Assembly: GCA_032718475.1 (NCBI GenBank)
Contig: JAUCBJ010007985.1
Span: forward strand, 93,567-157,566
Reading direction: 5' to 3'
Source of the DNA: Nemertoderma westbladi
Taxonomy: Eukaryota > Animalia > Xenacoelomorpha
DNA: 64,000 bases
Shown: one piece after another, positions 22,105 through 35,041 of the stretch
Position numbering within the stretch: position 1 is the first letter of the stretch
Layout of the letters: every line of letters starts with the position of its first letter
Position numbers and translations under genes: made by a program
The notes under the pieces: generated by a model
The model's database searches: none
Told to the model about the DNA's origin: nothing
Seen by the model: the letters and a program-made list of their open reading frames with translations, nothing else

Positions 22105-24154
22105 TGTTACGGTATATGGCGCTGTACACATTATTAGCCATTATACAGTATAATATATTGGTCCATTATGCAGTATAATATGTTAGTCCGTTATACTGTA
22201 CGCAATATTAGTCCGTTGTGCAGCATAATATTTTAGATAAGGCATAATAGCGCAGTGATATTTAGATAGGGAAATCGAAACGCCCATATATTTTGAATTC
22301 ATCCATTTTGTATAGTATGTAGCCCTACCTACGTAATTTTGTATTAAGATATAGGTAGATAGTTCCAGGGTAGCAAGTTCAGTTGGACCCTGGATATGTG
22401 CTTGCTGTTATTAGCTTCGATAGGGCTAGCATATAGGGACGCTATCCTGACCATTCCGCAGCCAGGGACATGATCCATTACCATATATGGTAATAATTTG
22501 AGGGTTTGGGAAGCAATAGGGCTACAATCCGGCCTTCTTATTGGACTAACTGCTTCCAGGTTGGTCTAATGCTAGCGCGGACTGGAGAGCCAATAGGAGA
22601 GCGATTGCATCACCCTTATTGCATCACCCCACTCGGATCACCTATAAATTGGCGGTTTGCCGGTAGAGCTGTACAACCTTACCCCTATTATCTCAGAGTA
22701 CAATTTGTGCGTATTTTTCTGCATTTCTGCCCTTTGATTAATTTTTCTTGAAATGATTTGCAAATTTATAATTTCTGTTTGATTCTTGTTGTGTTTCTCA
22801 ATCAATCTCAAAGATTACTGCTAATTACATCATGGAACTGTGATTTCTACCCTTTAGTTAATGGTTCTATGTAATTTCTTTCGACGCAATAATCCTACGG
22901 GATTTCTGATACTGTCAGACTTGTGATTTGCATGCGCCGCTACGGTAGTTAGTCAATAAATGGAGGGCTAAGGTGCCAGTAGGCGGTGGGCACATCGGGG
23001 GGTTGAGCGACTAAGGGAGAGCGGAGGATTCAAAGGCGGGCAACGCTGGCGGGGGGTCACCATTGCGGTCGGGCAACTTGCGTTATAGAGGGGGCTATTT
23101 GCGTTGTAGCGGGCAGACAATCTGCTGGTACGGCAATTAGGGGGCTGATGATCCAGGTCTTGTCTCTATTTAGTATTAGGGGGGGCAGGAATTGGGTTAG
23201 TTAGGAAGCTTAGACGTACTGGGGAGAGGCCTGCGTGCTTTACAATAGCGAATAGCGAATTGCATGGCGAATTATATGATTGCGGATTGTATAATTGCAA
23301 GTTGTACTATTGTGATCTGTGATTGCTGACGCTGATTGGTGTGTTACTGAAGTGTGCCTATGATTACGAATGCTTAGGTAGGCGCCCTTTTCTTTGATTG
23401 ATTTCTATTTCTTAGTTTACGATAAATGATTACTGATTAGGTCAAAGTAATACGGCATTTTAGGCTATTACTAGCGAAACCTGTTGTGTAATAAATTAGA
23501 ATTACGCATTCTGGAACTCTTAGTAATTAGTACGCTGTTACACATTTGTGACTGTAATTAATTAGTGAAATTAAGAATTAGTACGCAGCATAGCGGAGAG
23601 TAGCTAGGTAATAATTTAGAGTACCGTAAACTATTCACGCTGAGCGGTTATTTGCATTAGCGGGCAATAAGCTAGATCGCAGTATTCAGTACGCAATTCG
23701 CATTAGTAAATTGCTGGCCTAAAGCCAGCCGCAGGCAAATTTAGACCTGGAGTGGTATCGCCCACGAAAGACATTGTACCGTACCATTATTTGATTAATT
23801 TTAAATATTCTCGCATTCACACATTACGTTAGGGAACCCCCAGTATTCGCGATTAGAAAAGACGTAGGCAATAGCGTGCTTCAAATAGTAGTAACATTAG
23901 ATGTAAGAATATACTCTGAGTGCAAAGCCTCTCGTACTCGTCTTAAGTAAGCTTAGGGAGCCGACTCGGGTTTATTGTTTTGGTTGTTCCCGCGTGGCTC
24001 ATAGATTCGAACAGTTAGCTCTCTGTCGAGCGATCGGTAGAGAAGGGAACAAGCGATTTTGCAGGAGCCGTGTAAATTTAGTAAATTATATTAGCGGACG
24101 GCAGATTAGCGCCATCCAACGGTAAGTAGCGGTTTTGTATTTAGCAGCCCTACA
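22105..24154 (+). repeat. 3' LTR of the BEL element
   Basis: Near-identical to 5657-7719; the duplicated ORF 6058/22506 gives an offset of 16448. Confidence 0.92.
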
Positions 24155-26222
24155 TTATATATGTTAAGATAAAAGATAGCGGAGTTAATTTGATACTTTT
24201 TACAGGTACTTTTGGCGCAATACGCTAAATTATAATGGAATAGCGATTTGTTAAAAAAAAAAATGTTTCGTCCCTTTTTATAAATATTATATTTCACACG
24301 ATCTCCTGCCGCCCCAGTTTTATACTGTAATACCTCCGGCGATGTGATTAACGCTGTTAGATAGATAATTTAACGCACTATAAGTCTGTGTAAACAAATC
24401 TCCCGTAAGTTAAGTAGTTTTCTAGTATTTCCCGCGAAGCATGTTTGAAGCGCGAAATTATAATTTTGGCCCTCATTTTTTTAATATCATCCTTGGAGCA
24501 AAACCGATAGCATATTTGAATTCCCCGTATGGATATTGACTGTATAGAATGTACCTTAACCAACTAAAGTTAAAAATAAAAAATTATTCGATAAAAACTA
24601 CTTTACAAATTCTGGCCCTTTTTGGCCCCTATTGCCGACATATTTTTTGTACCCCCATTTGATAGGAACGTAGCCCCAATGGTCTTCTACGAGTTTCATA
24701 AAAGAATTAGTGGATTCCTACCCGCGTTGTCGAATTAAACATTTCGGAAATAAGTTTTCCAAAAAAGACGGACAAAAACGTACAAATTTACAGCCCCTTT
24801 TTCCACCCGAAGTTTTAATAAATATCTTACCCCCATTCGATTCGACTCTTCCCCTTTCCAACCGCGTTACTTTCGTCCCCGTACGATTAATATTAGCCGA
24901 GTTATAGCGGATCCCGCAAAGTCATTTTGTCCGTTTTTTCAACTTTGACGGACATTTTCGGAAAAAAGGCGTGGAAATCTTTTTTGAAAAAAAAAACGAA
25001 TTCACTAATTAATCCCTTCTATCGTATCCCGGCGTCGGCTAAGCAATAACCTAGGGTTTTTTCGCGCCACTGTAGAGCGCCTTTCAAAAAAATTTTTAAA
25101 TTGTCGAAAAAATGACGGATTTTTGTCCGCCGTGTCCGTCGAAGGGTTAGATTTAATAATGTTAGAGTTGCTAATATCTTAGAATTCCGAGCCGCTCCCC
25201 TGGTGAGAAAATAAAAAAATTTGGTATGTTCCTTCATCGAAAAGTCCCCCAGAATCCCAAGTTAACCTATATAGTTAGCGATGGCCTGCGGCTTTAGGAG
25301 CGGCCGCGGTATTCACCTCCCTCATAGCGGCCGCGGAGGTGTTGCGTCAAATGGAGAAATATTTATCCCACCAAGAGAATTTGAAATTTTCGAGTGATTA
25401 TTTTTAAACATCAATAACTTCTGTTCTACTGGGCCGTTTGATCTGAAACTTTTTTCATTGGATAGAGGATAGATTGTAGTGTGTGAAATAGGATACAACT
25501 TGGGAAAAGACGCATGTGCACTTAGTGCATAATGCACTTAAAAAGTACACATTTTTTCGATATTTCAAACACTATTATTTCCAGTTCCATTCATCGTAGA
25601 ATGTTATTTTTTGGATTAAAATGTAGTTTGGAGTGATTTCTAACTATAATCGTAACATTTGTTTAACTTTTTATGTATATAAAGTGACTTAAAATGCCAT
25701 GAATATGGTCCAAAATCGCAAATGTCGCGATTTATTAAATTAGATTTTTTACACTTTTAGTGACTGACACTTGATCATACACCATCGTAGATCGGTAGAG
25801 GATAAACATAAGTTTGTTAAATAAGAACCACCATTACGATCTGCTGAAGTGCACTTGTACAAATAAGTGTGCAAAAGTGCAAATTTTTTAATAAGGTCAA
25901 ATTATATAGCATTGGGTTCTTTTCTTTGCAGATACTTTATTTTCATATTAATATGTTGTTTGGCTCATACTGAGCGCATTAGGGATATGCGTACAAATAA
26001 GCGGCCCTTATTAAGGCTTCGATTGGGTTAATAAATAAAACATAAGGTTGTAATATTCTAAAAAACCAGTGTGATATTAAATGCACTTTAAACAATAAAT
26101 AGAGATCAAATAACAAATGGACCACACAATTAAAAACTCGCACAATTTTGTACTTATTATATCGCTTCAAATTAATTCAACAGTGGATATTTGGGGGAAG
26201 GGGGAAGTTACAGTGTGCATTC

Positions 26223-26271
26223 GGGGGAAGTTTGGTGAACTGCATTTATGCAGTGAATCCAAACTTCCCCC
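26223..26271. repeat. Short near-perfect inverted repeat (hairpin)
   Basis: GGGGGAAGTTTGG-TGA-ACTGCAT-TT-ATGCAGT-GAAT-CCAAACTTCCCCC. Confidence 0.7.
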
Positions 26272-27276
26272 TTTGATATATCATATACTTAAGACATGCT
26301 AGGGTGACGGGGAAATATTTGTTACTGTCACACTTTGCTTCCATTTATCCTATCCTTTATTATTACCCCAGTCAGATAAGAGATAATAAATCAGTAAAAA
26401 CTAAACTAAACTGTCTTTCATGCAAACAAATTTCTAACTAAAGACGGGTGAATGACCATGACCATGGAAATAATTTTAAATATAATTGTATATCAACTAT
26501 TTGGGGAGGCTTCCAAGTTAAACCCGAAAACAATTATTTTGTTACATATATAGTAAATAACGTTGTATGTTCTTCTTCCTCTCATAATAAAATATAAATG
26601 AAATATCTCAGATCGCTATGCCCTGTAACATTTCACAACCAAAATATTTAAGTGTGAAAAGTGTAGGCCTACCACACTCCGCCCAAACAACCGCAAACGC
26701 ATAGCCAACAAATTTAACAAAAGGTTACATACATGTTGGGTTCATGACGAGATGAGTGAAAATTGATCGCGTAATATAAAGTAAAAAATTAAGAGACGGG
26801 CTGGCTCTCCTCCACTTTCTTACCCAATGGATATGTTGTTGTAATAATCTAATATTGGGGCGGCTTTCTCTCGGTATACTCACATTAAAACAGATAATAT
26901 GAAGGATGGCGATTAATGAAGGCATTCATTACAATTGGAAAGGAAATTGTGGATGTTAATATATTAGTTACTAATATAGAAATATTGATAATACGTGAAT
27001 GTGCATAACAAGGGAGAAAATTCGAGCGTAGCGAACAGTTTTTAAACAATGTTAAGATTTTGCGCATTTTATTCGACTTTTTATCCAATAATACTTTGAT
27101 AATCTAATGACTTTATATTACAGGCCGGAATATTATAGTGGCTACACTTCTGCAGTAATATAATACTGTAGGAAATCGCTTTAGTGGTTTAGTACTCAAA
27201 AATTTCGCCCTCTTTTAGGCCTGTAATTTCGCCCCCTAGAAACTTGCTGGTGGGCAATTTCCCCCCATTCCACCAT

Positions 27277-27410
27277 GCCCCCCTGCCCCGCTGCCCCCCT
27301 GCCCCCCTGCCCCCCTGCCCCCCTGCCCCCCTGCCCCCCTGCCCCCCTGCCCCCCTGCCCCCCTGCCCCCCTGCCCCCCTGCCCCCCTGCCCCCCCTGCC
27401 CCCCCCCCCT
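27277..27410. repeat. (GCCCCCCT)n 8-bp simple repeat
   Basis: About 15 copies, directly visible. Confidence 0.9.
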
Positions 27411-27885
27411 CTGGTCACCCCCTTCCCTTACGCCTATTGTTGACCCTTCTGTTGTCGTTATTAGAAATGTTTGAACACAAATAAGTCGATCAAGTATTGA
27501 TGAAATTGAAACAAACTTGGTACACATGTAGTCTATAAAAGGTTAAGAATATCCCTGCCATGTTTTGTGAAACCAGGTAATTCTAACCAAGATAGATTAT
27601 ACAACAAATTAAGTTATCGAATATATATAAATTAATTTGAAATACAATATTGATATATATACCTCAAATATGTTTACTTATATTAAATATTAAATATGCA
27701 GATAACTTAAGATGAACAACGATATAGTAAAACGAATTATCGCTCCATTTGCCATAGATTTGTTCGATTCTAATTCCGGTTAAATTTCTTAACTGGATCT
27801 TAAAACGTAAGATCAATTAATTATATACTCTTTTAACACATTTAACGCGTTAAGATAAATTTATTTCCTTTCAATATCTTCACAG

Positions 27886-28112
27886 GTCGCCTCCACAGTG
27901 CTACGTCGAAGGAACCAGTCGACCGCAGTGGCTCCCAATTGGCGTCACGTGATGGGTTTACTTCCCGCTAAACAAGATGAAATCCTCCAGGAAACGGAGA
28001 ACCAATCAGAGGCCGAAAAGGTTTCGCTATTGCAGCGGTTCAGTAAAGCTGCGCGGCTATTGGTTATTGTCCTTCGGTTTATAAGACCAGAAAAGGAGAC
28101 AGACAAGTCAAG
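27886..28112 (+). CDS. Exon of host cyclic nucleotide-binding domain protein (CNBD2-like)
   Basis: Pyrimidine tract and CAG acceptor at 27885; open frame VASTVLRRR...RFSKAARLLVIVLRF...; GT donor at 28113; phase 2 fits the next exon. Confidence 0.65.
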
Positions 28113-28721
28113 GTACACCCGTAGCAGTAAACCGAGCCAGTAGTATACATGGAACTTATGGGGAGGGGTTGGTCTGTGTTAATTAATCAATTTCATAGCA
28201 AACCGGTCAAACCGGCATTTTACTAATAAAAGTGTCTTGTAATTATTAATATACACACATATATAAAATATAAATATGCAATAAACAAAATATGGCACAA
28301 ATTATAGCGAAATTGTTCCAGAATTGTTGAAGGGAGTGGGACACCTTGTTTCCTAGTTTGTTGGAAACCACATCTGTTTATTACCGGTTCAGTTGTTTTT
28401 GTTGCATCACTGCCTGTTTTGGGATTATATATAGGGAAGTGAGTCTGTAACACGTTCATTATTCAGTGGTAAGCAATGTGAAGTCGTGACTAGAGGGCAT
28501 TGTTGCATGCAATGATACTTGATACATGGTCGCCATCTGGACTATTCATTCGAATTATTTCGCTTTGATTTTTCAGGGCTGCCAGCTGTATCTCTTTGCA
28601 GAGGTTGCCAGCTGTATCTCTTTGTAAAGGTTGCCATGGCGATGGTGGTGGTGAAGTCCAACTTATTATTATGATTCAAGATTAAAATTAAAATATTTTG
28701 CTTATATTTTCTTTGCTGCAG

Positions 28722-28884
28722 AATTTCCTTCCACATGTTGCAAGCTCAGATCCGCGAGGAGGGGCGGAAGAAGCGGGAGCTGATGTTCGACGTGTCGTTG
28801 TACCGGGCGAGGAAGGAAGCCCAGCTGCCGCCGAAGGCGAGGGAGATACTGTCGATATCGCCAGGGTCGAGGTCCAAGGACGAG
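28722..28884 (+). CDS. Exon of host CNBD2-like gene
   Basis: ctttgctgcag acceptor; ISFHMLQAQIREEGRKKRELMFDVSLYRARKEAQLPPKAREILSISPGSRSKDE; GAG|gtgcgt donor. Confidence 0.8.
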
Positions 28885-29371
28885 GTGCGTCAATAGTCTG
28901 TGATAGGGGATAAGTATAAGTTATTTACACATAACGTCACGCTGTGTGGATAACGAACACACGGAATTCACATTGTCTAATGATTATGGGCCTGTCTATA
29001 GAGTGGAAACACTAGTAACTTGATCATTATTTGTGAACAACCCCGTCTTAGTGAAATTACCTGTATTTTTCAAATCACTCTTCCACTAACGCATTACACA
29101 TCCATACAGTATTGTTTTATGGGCTTAATGTCCTAATTCTACGTTGGTTTCTTTCCAATATTACATAGTTTTCGCACCAAATATACTTTTTTACCGCCCC
29201 AAAACGATAGCCCCAAATTTAATGTTTCTGTAAGCAATATACATTAAAGCTACGTCTAAATATATATTTCTTTCCCAGATTACAAACATTTCGCACCAAA
29301 ATATTTAAATTCGTCACAAAATATTTTTTATACTGTATATTATTATATGTATTTTTATATTAGTAATTGTT

Positions 29372-29752
29372 AACAACATCGTTTATTGTTTTGGTTAGAA
29401 AATGCCGTCTCTGTAACGTGCTACTTTCCCTCACAATTGATAACAACATAGTTTATTGTTTTGATTAGAAAACGCAGTCTCTTTAACCTGCTCCTTTCCC
29501 TCATTTGGTAACAACATCGTTTATTGTTTTGGTTTGAAAAATACGTATCTGTAACCTGATCCTTTCCCCGAATTGCTATAACAACATTGTTTATTGTTTT
29601 GGTAAGAAAAAGCCGTCTCTGTAACGTGCTACTTTCCCTCACAATTGGTAACAACATAGTTTATTGTTTTGATTAGAAAAAAACCGTCTCTGTAACCTGC
29701 TCCTTTCCCTCATTTGATATTATCATTGGTTTATTTTTTTGGTTAGAAAAAC
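29372..29752. repeat. Intronic ~70-bp minisatellite, ~5.5 copies
   Basis: AACAACAT(C/A)GTTTATTGTTTTG recurs at ~29372, 29442, 29510, 29580 and 29650. Related sequence at ~50525-50595. Confidence 0.8.
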
Positions 29753-29996
29753 CTACTCAATGGAAATAAATAACCAATTGAACAAATTTTACATTTTCGA
29801 ACATTATATTATGCTTAATTAATTTAACCCGGTAAATAATGTGAAGTTGTGAATGTGAAGCTGGACTGAATCATATTTGATAGAATCTGTCTGCATCTAT
29901 GTTTCATCTGTAATATAAGATTTGTAAAAAATGGAAATATTGTTACCCATTATGATAAAATATACATTATTCCCTAACAAACTTCCGGTATTTCAG

Positions 29997-30128
29997 ATAA
30001 ACTTGACGATAAGAGCTTTACAGACGACGTGTGAAGCCTTCGCAGAGTTTCCGGTGAGAATGCAGGAGAGTTTGGCCTCTAAAGCAATTTACAGTTGTAT
30101 CCGTGGCAACAGAGTGATTATTCGACAG
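29997..30128 (+). CDS. Exon of host CNBD2-like gene (start of CNB domain)
   Basis: tttcag acceptor; INLTIRALQTTCEAFAEFPVRMQESLASKAIYSCIRGNRVIIRQ; GT donor at 30129; phase 0 at both ends. Confidence 0.85.
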
Positions 30129-30544
30129 GTTATTGTTAAACTCTTTATTGTTTCAATGTGGCCCTTCCATAACATTCTCACAAATTACCTAAACAAATAT
30201 ATATTATTAGGGTTGTGGTTCAATCAATATATATAATTTGTCGATTTGGATTCGGGTGGGCAGTGGGAATTATCAGTGGGAATACAAATACGGTAGTGAT
30301 TTAGAGCAAATTTTTGTAATTTAAATTTTTTGTCCATTTTTGACGTATTGTCTGATATATTTTTAGTAATGACTTACTAAAATTTTTTTTTCTTTTGCAA
30401 TGTCACAAAAATAAAAAACGATAAAACAGAGAAAAAGATACTGGTGGCTTATAATGAAACAAACCAATAAACAAACTTCTATATCACAAGTACGCCTAAA
30501 CATATAACAATATCACAATATCAATTTATGTCAACGGTGATGAA

Positions 30545-31200
30545 ATTTTCACGGTGATGAAATCTTAGTCTCTGATGAAGGAGCCCAACAGGGTGCCCCC
30601 GAGGGACCCCCTCTCTTCGGAGACACGATCAACGACACCATCCACTCGTTGAAATCCGATTTTAACGTATGGTATCTTGACGATGGTAACATGGCAGGAT
30701 TGTATACCGTTGTTCTAGACAATCTGAGAACGATAATTGTGGAAGGGAAGAAACTCGGCCTCACCCTAAACCCCTCAAAGTGCGAGCTATTTTTTCTGGG
30801 TCCAGTTTCTGACGATGATTGAGCCCGGATTCAGGAAGATTTCAATAGAGTTTGTGGAGGAAAGATCCAGTTACCTTCAGCTGACCAACTGATAATGCTA
30901 GGGGCCCCAATCGGATCCGAGGCTATAGAGTCCTGTCTGACTGACAAGATAAACGACTTGGCCTTGATTAGCGACCGGCTTCATCTCCTCGACAGCCACC
31001 ATGGATTCTTCTTGCTTAGGAACTCTTTCGCAATCCCTCGCCTGTTATATTACCTCCGCTCTGCTCCATGTTTTTCGTTCCCCCAGCTTCTGGAAAGATA
31101 TGACGATTCACTGCGGTCTGCATTGGTGAAAATAGCAAACGTCGGAATCAATGACAGTTCGTGGATACAGGCCTGTTTACCAGCTCGTTCAGGCGGGTTG
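30545..31200 (+). pseudogene. CRE-like RT fragment (5' part of the split element)
   Basis: Aligns to ORF 47108..50191 (LDSHHGFFLLRNSFAIPRLLYYLRSAPCF); in-frame TGA near 30820. Confidence 0.88.
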
Positions 31201-32139
31201 GGCCTCGTACTGCCACTAATATGTCTCTGTTAGTTGAAACAAAATTGGAACATAATTGAAACAAATTAGGAGCCACGTAATGGTGTCCTACCTGCAATGC
31301 TATGTATGCCAGTGAAACAAATTTGAAACAAATTAGGAGGGCCGTAATGATAGTCTACCGGAGAATTGGAACAATGATGGGCTTACGGAGCTCAAAAATT
31401 GGAACAATGTTAAGTATGCCAGTGAAACAAATTTGAAACAAATTAGGAGAGCCGTAATGATAGCCTACCGGAAGAATTGGAACAATGATGGGCTACGGAG
31501 CTGCCTGGGTTGTTTGGCTGAACCAGTGGTGGCACGGATGAGGGGGTAAGAAAAGGGGGAAGGATCTAAAAATAGCACCCAATAGGAAGCTTCTAGCTTC
31601 TTGCATTGCTACGGCTACCGGTACCTTGCTTGGCCTCTAGGCTGGCTCTGGCATAACCCTTATTTTCGCATGCGAATAAAGGTAATGTTTTAAAGATCTG
31701 ATGTGTAAAACGCGTTTTTGTGTGTAGTGATGTTTACGATATTATAATTAAACTAACTGCACTAAATATCTCACATTTATTTAATAATATATGGTAAAAA
31801 AAGCAACCTACCTATTAATTACAATAATTTACAATAGTTATCGAATGTTCTAGGATGTAAATACTTAGCATTATTTGATAGGAAACGATTATCAAAAAAA
31901 CGGTTCTTGTAAAAAAGGTTTTGCGAAAACTGTCCGGCTGCTTTCCTTTTTTGCAAATTTCTGGTACGGCATGATTGCTCCGAGAATGTTTGCCGTGGAG
32001 TCTGAATAAGGTAGATAAAGCAGGGGTGTTTGTAAGGGTTCGGGCGGTCGGTGCGGGTAAATAGGGTGTGGGAGGGAGGGAGGGTGGGTAGGGGTAGGTG
32101 AGTGCGGGTAATTAGGTGTGTAGGGGTAGGGGAGGTTGG

Positions 32140-33830
32140 GTGCGGTTAAGTAGACGTGCTTGCTTAGTTTGGTGTGTGGGTGCGGTTAAGTAGACGTGCT
32201 TATGTTGGTGGGTGGGTGCGGTTAAGTAGACGTGCTTAGGTGGGTGGGTGGGTGCGGTTAAGTAGACGTGCTTAGGTTGGTGGGTGGGTGCGGTTAAGTA
32301 GACGTGCTTAAGTGGGTGCGGTTAAGTAGACGTGCTTAGGTTGGTGGGTGGGTGCGGTTAAGTAGACGTGCTTAGGTGGGTGGGTGGGTGCGGTTAAGTA
32401 GACGTGCTTAGGTTGGTGGGTGGGTGCGGTTAAGTAGACGTACTTAGGTGGGTGGGTGGGTGCGGTTAAGTAGACGTGCTTAGGTTGGTGGGTGGGTGCG
32501 GTTAAGTAGACGTGCTTAGGTGGTGGGTGGGTGCGGTTAAGTAGACGTGCTTATGTAGGTGGGTGGGTGCGGTTAAGTAGACGTGCTTAGGAGGGTGGGT
32601 GGGTGCAGTTAAGTAGGTGTGCTTTGGTGGGTGGGTGGGTGCGGTTAAGTCGATGTGCTTAGGAGGGTGGGTGGGTGCGGTTAAGTAGACGTGCTTAGGT
32701 GGGTGGGTGGGTGCAGTTAAGTAGACGTGCTTAGGTGGGTGGGTGCGGTTAAGTAGAATTGCTTAGGAGGGTGGGTGGGTGCGGTTAAGTAGACGTGTTT
32801 AGGTAGGTGGGTGGGTGTGGGTAAGTATACGTGCTTAGGTGGGTGGGTGGGTGCGGTTAAGTAGACGTGCTTAGGTGGGTGCGTGGGTGCGGTTAAGTAG
32901 ACGTGCTTAGGTGGGTGGGTGGGTGCGGTTAAGTAGACGTGCTTAGGTTGGTGGGTGGGTGCGGTTAAGTAGACGTGCTTAGGTTGGTGGGTGGGTGCGG
33001 TTAAGTAGACGTGCTTAGGTTGGTGGGTGGGTGCGGTTAAGTAGACGTGCTTATGTAGGTGGGTCGGTGCGGTTAAGTAGACGTGCTTAGGAGGGTGGGC
33101 GGGTGCGGTTAAGTATGTGTGCTTAGGTGGGTGGGTGGGTGTTTGCGGTTAAGTAGACGTGCTTAGGTGGGTGGGTGCGGTTAAGTAGAATTGCTTAGGA
33201 GGGTGGGTGGGTGCGGTTAAGTAGACGTGTTTAGGTAGGTGGGTGGGTGTGGGTAAGTATACGTGCTTAGGTGGGTGGGTGGGTGCGGTTAAGTAGACGT
33301 GCTTAGGAGGGTGGGTGGGTGCAGTTAAGTAGGTGTGCTTATGTGGGTGGGTGGGTGCGGTTAAGTTGATGTGCTTAGGAGGGTGGGTGGGCGGGTGCGG
33401 TTAAGTAGGTGTGCTTAGGTGGGTGGGTGGGTGGGTGCGGTTAAGTATACGTGCTTATGTAGGTGGGTGGGTGCGGTTAAGTAGACGTGCTTAGGAGGGT
33501 GGGTGGGCGCAGTTAAATAGGTGTGCTTAGGTGGGTGGGTGGGTGCGGTTAAGTCGATGTGCTTAGGTGGGTGGGTGGGCGGGTGCGGTTAAGTATGTGT
33601 GCTTAGGTGGATGGGTGGGTGCGGTTAAGTAGACGTGCTTAGGTGGGTGGGTGGGTGCGGTTAAGTAGACGTGCTTAGGTGGGTGGGTGCGGTTAAGTAG
33701 AATTGCTTAGGAGGGTGGGTGGGTGCGGTTAAGTAGACGTGCTTGGGTGGGTGCGGTTAAGTAGGTGTGCTTAGGTGGGTGGGTGTGTGCAGTTAAGTCG
33801 ACGTGCTTAGGTGGGTGGGAAGGTACGTGT
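32140..33830. repeat. ~34-bp G-rich minisatellite GCGGTTAAGTAGACGTGCTTAGGT(GGGT)n, unit 1
   Basis: Directly visible. Confidence 0.95.
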
Positions 33831-35041
33831 AAGTAGATATGTAGGAATGGGTATGTATGGTTAAGTACAGTAGGTGTGTAATGATAGGTGGGGGGGGGGG
33901 GGGGGGTAAGTTTAGCAACTATTAAGTAGTATTACCACTTCTCAATAAGGTAGACAGCTGTATGTTTACAGTATAGAACGGTCGTAAAATAGAGGCGTCC
34001 CATTGGATGCTATTTATAGATCCATACCCCTTTTCTTTCCCCCTCTTCCCCCTTTTCTTACGCGCTCTTACCCCCAGCACAGAGAAGATCTTCCCCCAGC
34101 TCGGCCTCGTACTGCCACTAATATGTCTCTGTTAGTTGAAACAAAATTGGAACATAATTGAAACAAATTAGGAGCCACGTAATGGTGTCCTACCTGCAAT
34201 GCTATGTATGCCAGTGAAACAAATTTGAAACAAATTAGGAGGGCCGTAATGATAGTCTACCGGAGAATTGGAACAATGATGGGCTTACGGAGCTCAAAAA
34301 TTGGAACAATGTTAAGTATGCCAGTGAAACAAATTTGAAACAAATTAGGAGAGCCGTAATGATAGCCTACCGGAAGAATTGGAACAATGATGGGCTACGG
34401 AGCTGCCTGGGTTGTTTGGCTGAACCAGTGGTGGCACGGATGAGGGGGTAAGAAAAGGGGGAAGGATCTAAAAATAGCACCCAATAGGAAGCTTCTAGCT
34501 TCTTGCATTGCTACGGCTACCGGTACCTTGCTTGGCCTCTAGGCTGGCTCTGGCATAACCCTTATTTTCGCATGCGAATAAAGGTAATGTTTTAAAGATC
34601 TGATGTGTAAAACGCGTTTTTGTGTGTAGTGATGTTTACGATATTATAATTAAACTAACTGCACTAAATATCTCACATTTATTTAATAATATATGGTAAA
34701 AAAAGCAACCTACCTATTAATTACAATAATTTACAATAGTTATCGAATGTTCTAGGATGTAAATACTTAGCATTATTTGATAGGAAACGATTATCAAAAA
34801 AACGGTTCTTGTAAAAAAGGTTTTGCGAAAACTGTCCGGCTGCTTTCCTTTTTTGCAAATTTCTGGTACGGCATGATTGCTCCGAGAATGTTTGCCGTGG
34901 AGTCTGAATAAGGTAGATAAAGCAGGGGTGTTTGTAAGGGTTCGGGCGGTCGGTGCGGGTAAATAGGGTGTGGGAGGGAGGGAGGGTGGGTAGGGGTAGG
35001 TGAGTGCGGGTAATTAGGTGTGTAGGGGTAGGGGAGGTTGG

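Larger units (their letters stand above)
5657..24154 (+). mobile_element. BEL/Pao LTR retrotransposon, ~18.5 kb, with an additional 3' ORF
   Basis: Direct repeats 5657-7719 and 22105-24154 (TGT...ACA). Domain order gag-PR-RT-RH-IN with BEL-type motifs. Purine-rich GGAGCGG just before the 3' repeat. Confidence 0.95.

Noticed and set aside
24155-25960. Possible non-autonomous DNA transposon or Helitron remnants after the 3' LTR
   Set aside because: Looks repeat-like, but I found no TIR pair, TSD or coding motif.
27189-27527. Gly/Arg-rich or Pro-rich ORFs
   Set aside because: Translations of an 8-bp simple repeat.
27540-27810. Possible upstream exons or start codon of the CNBD gene
   Set aside because: Splice-like sites exist, but no phase-consistent open path could be built.
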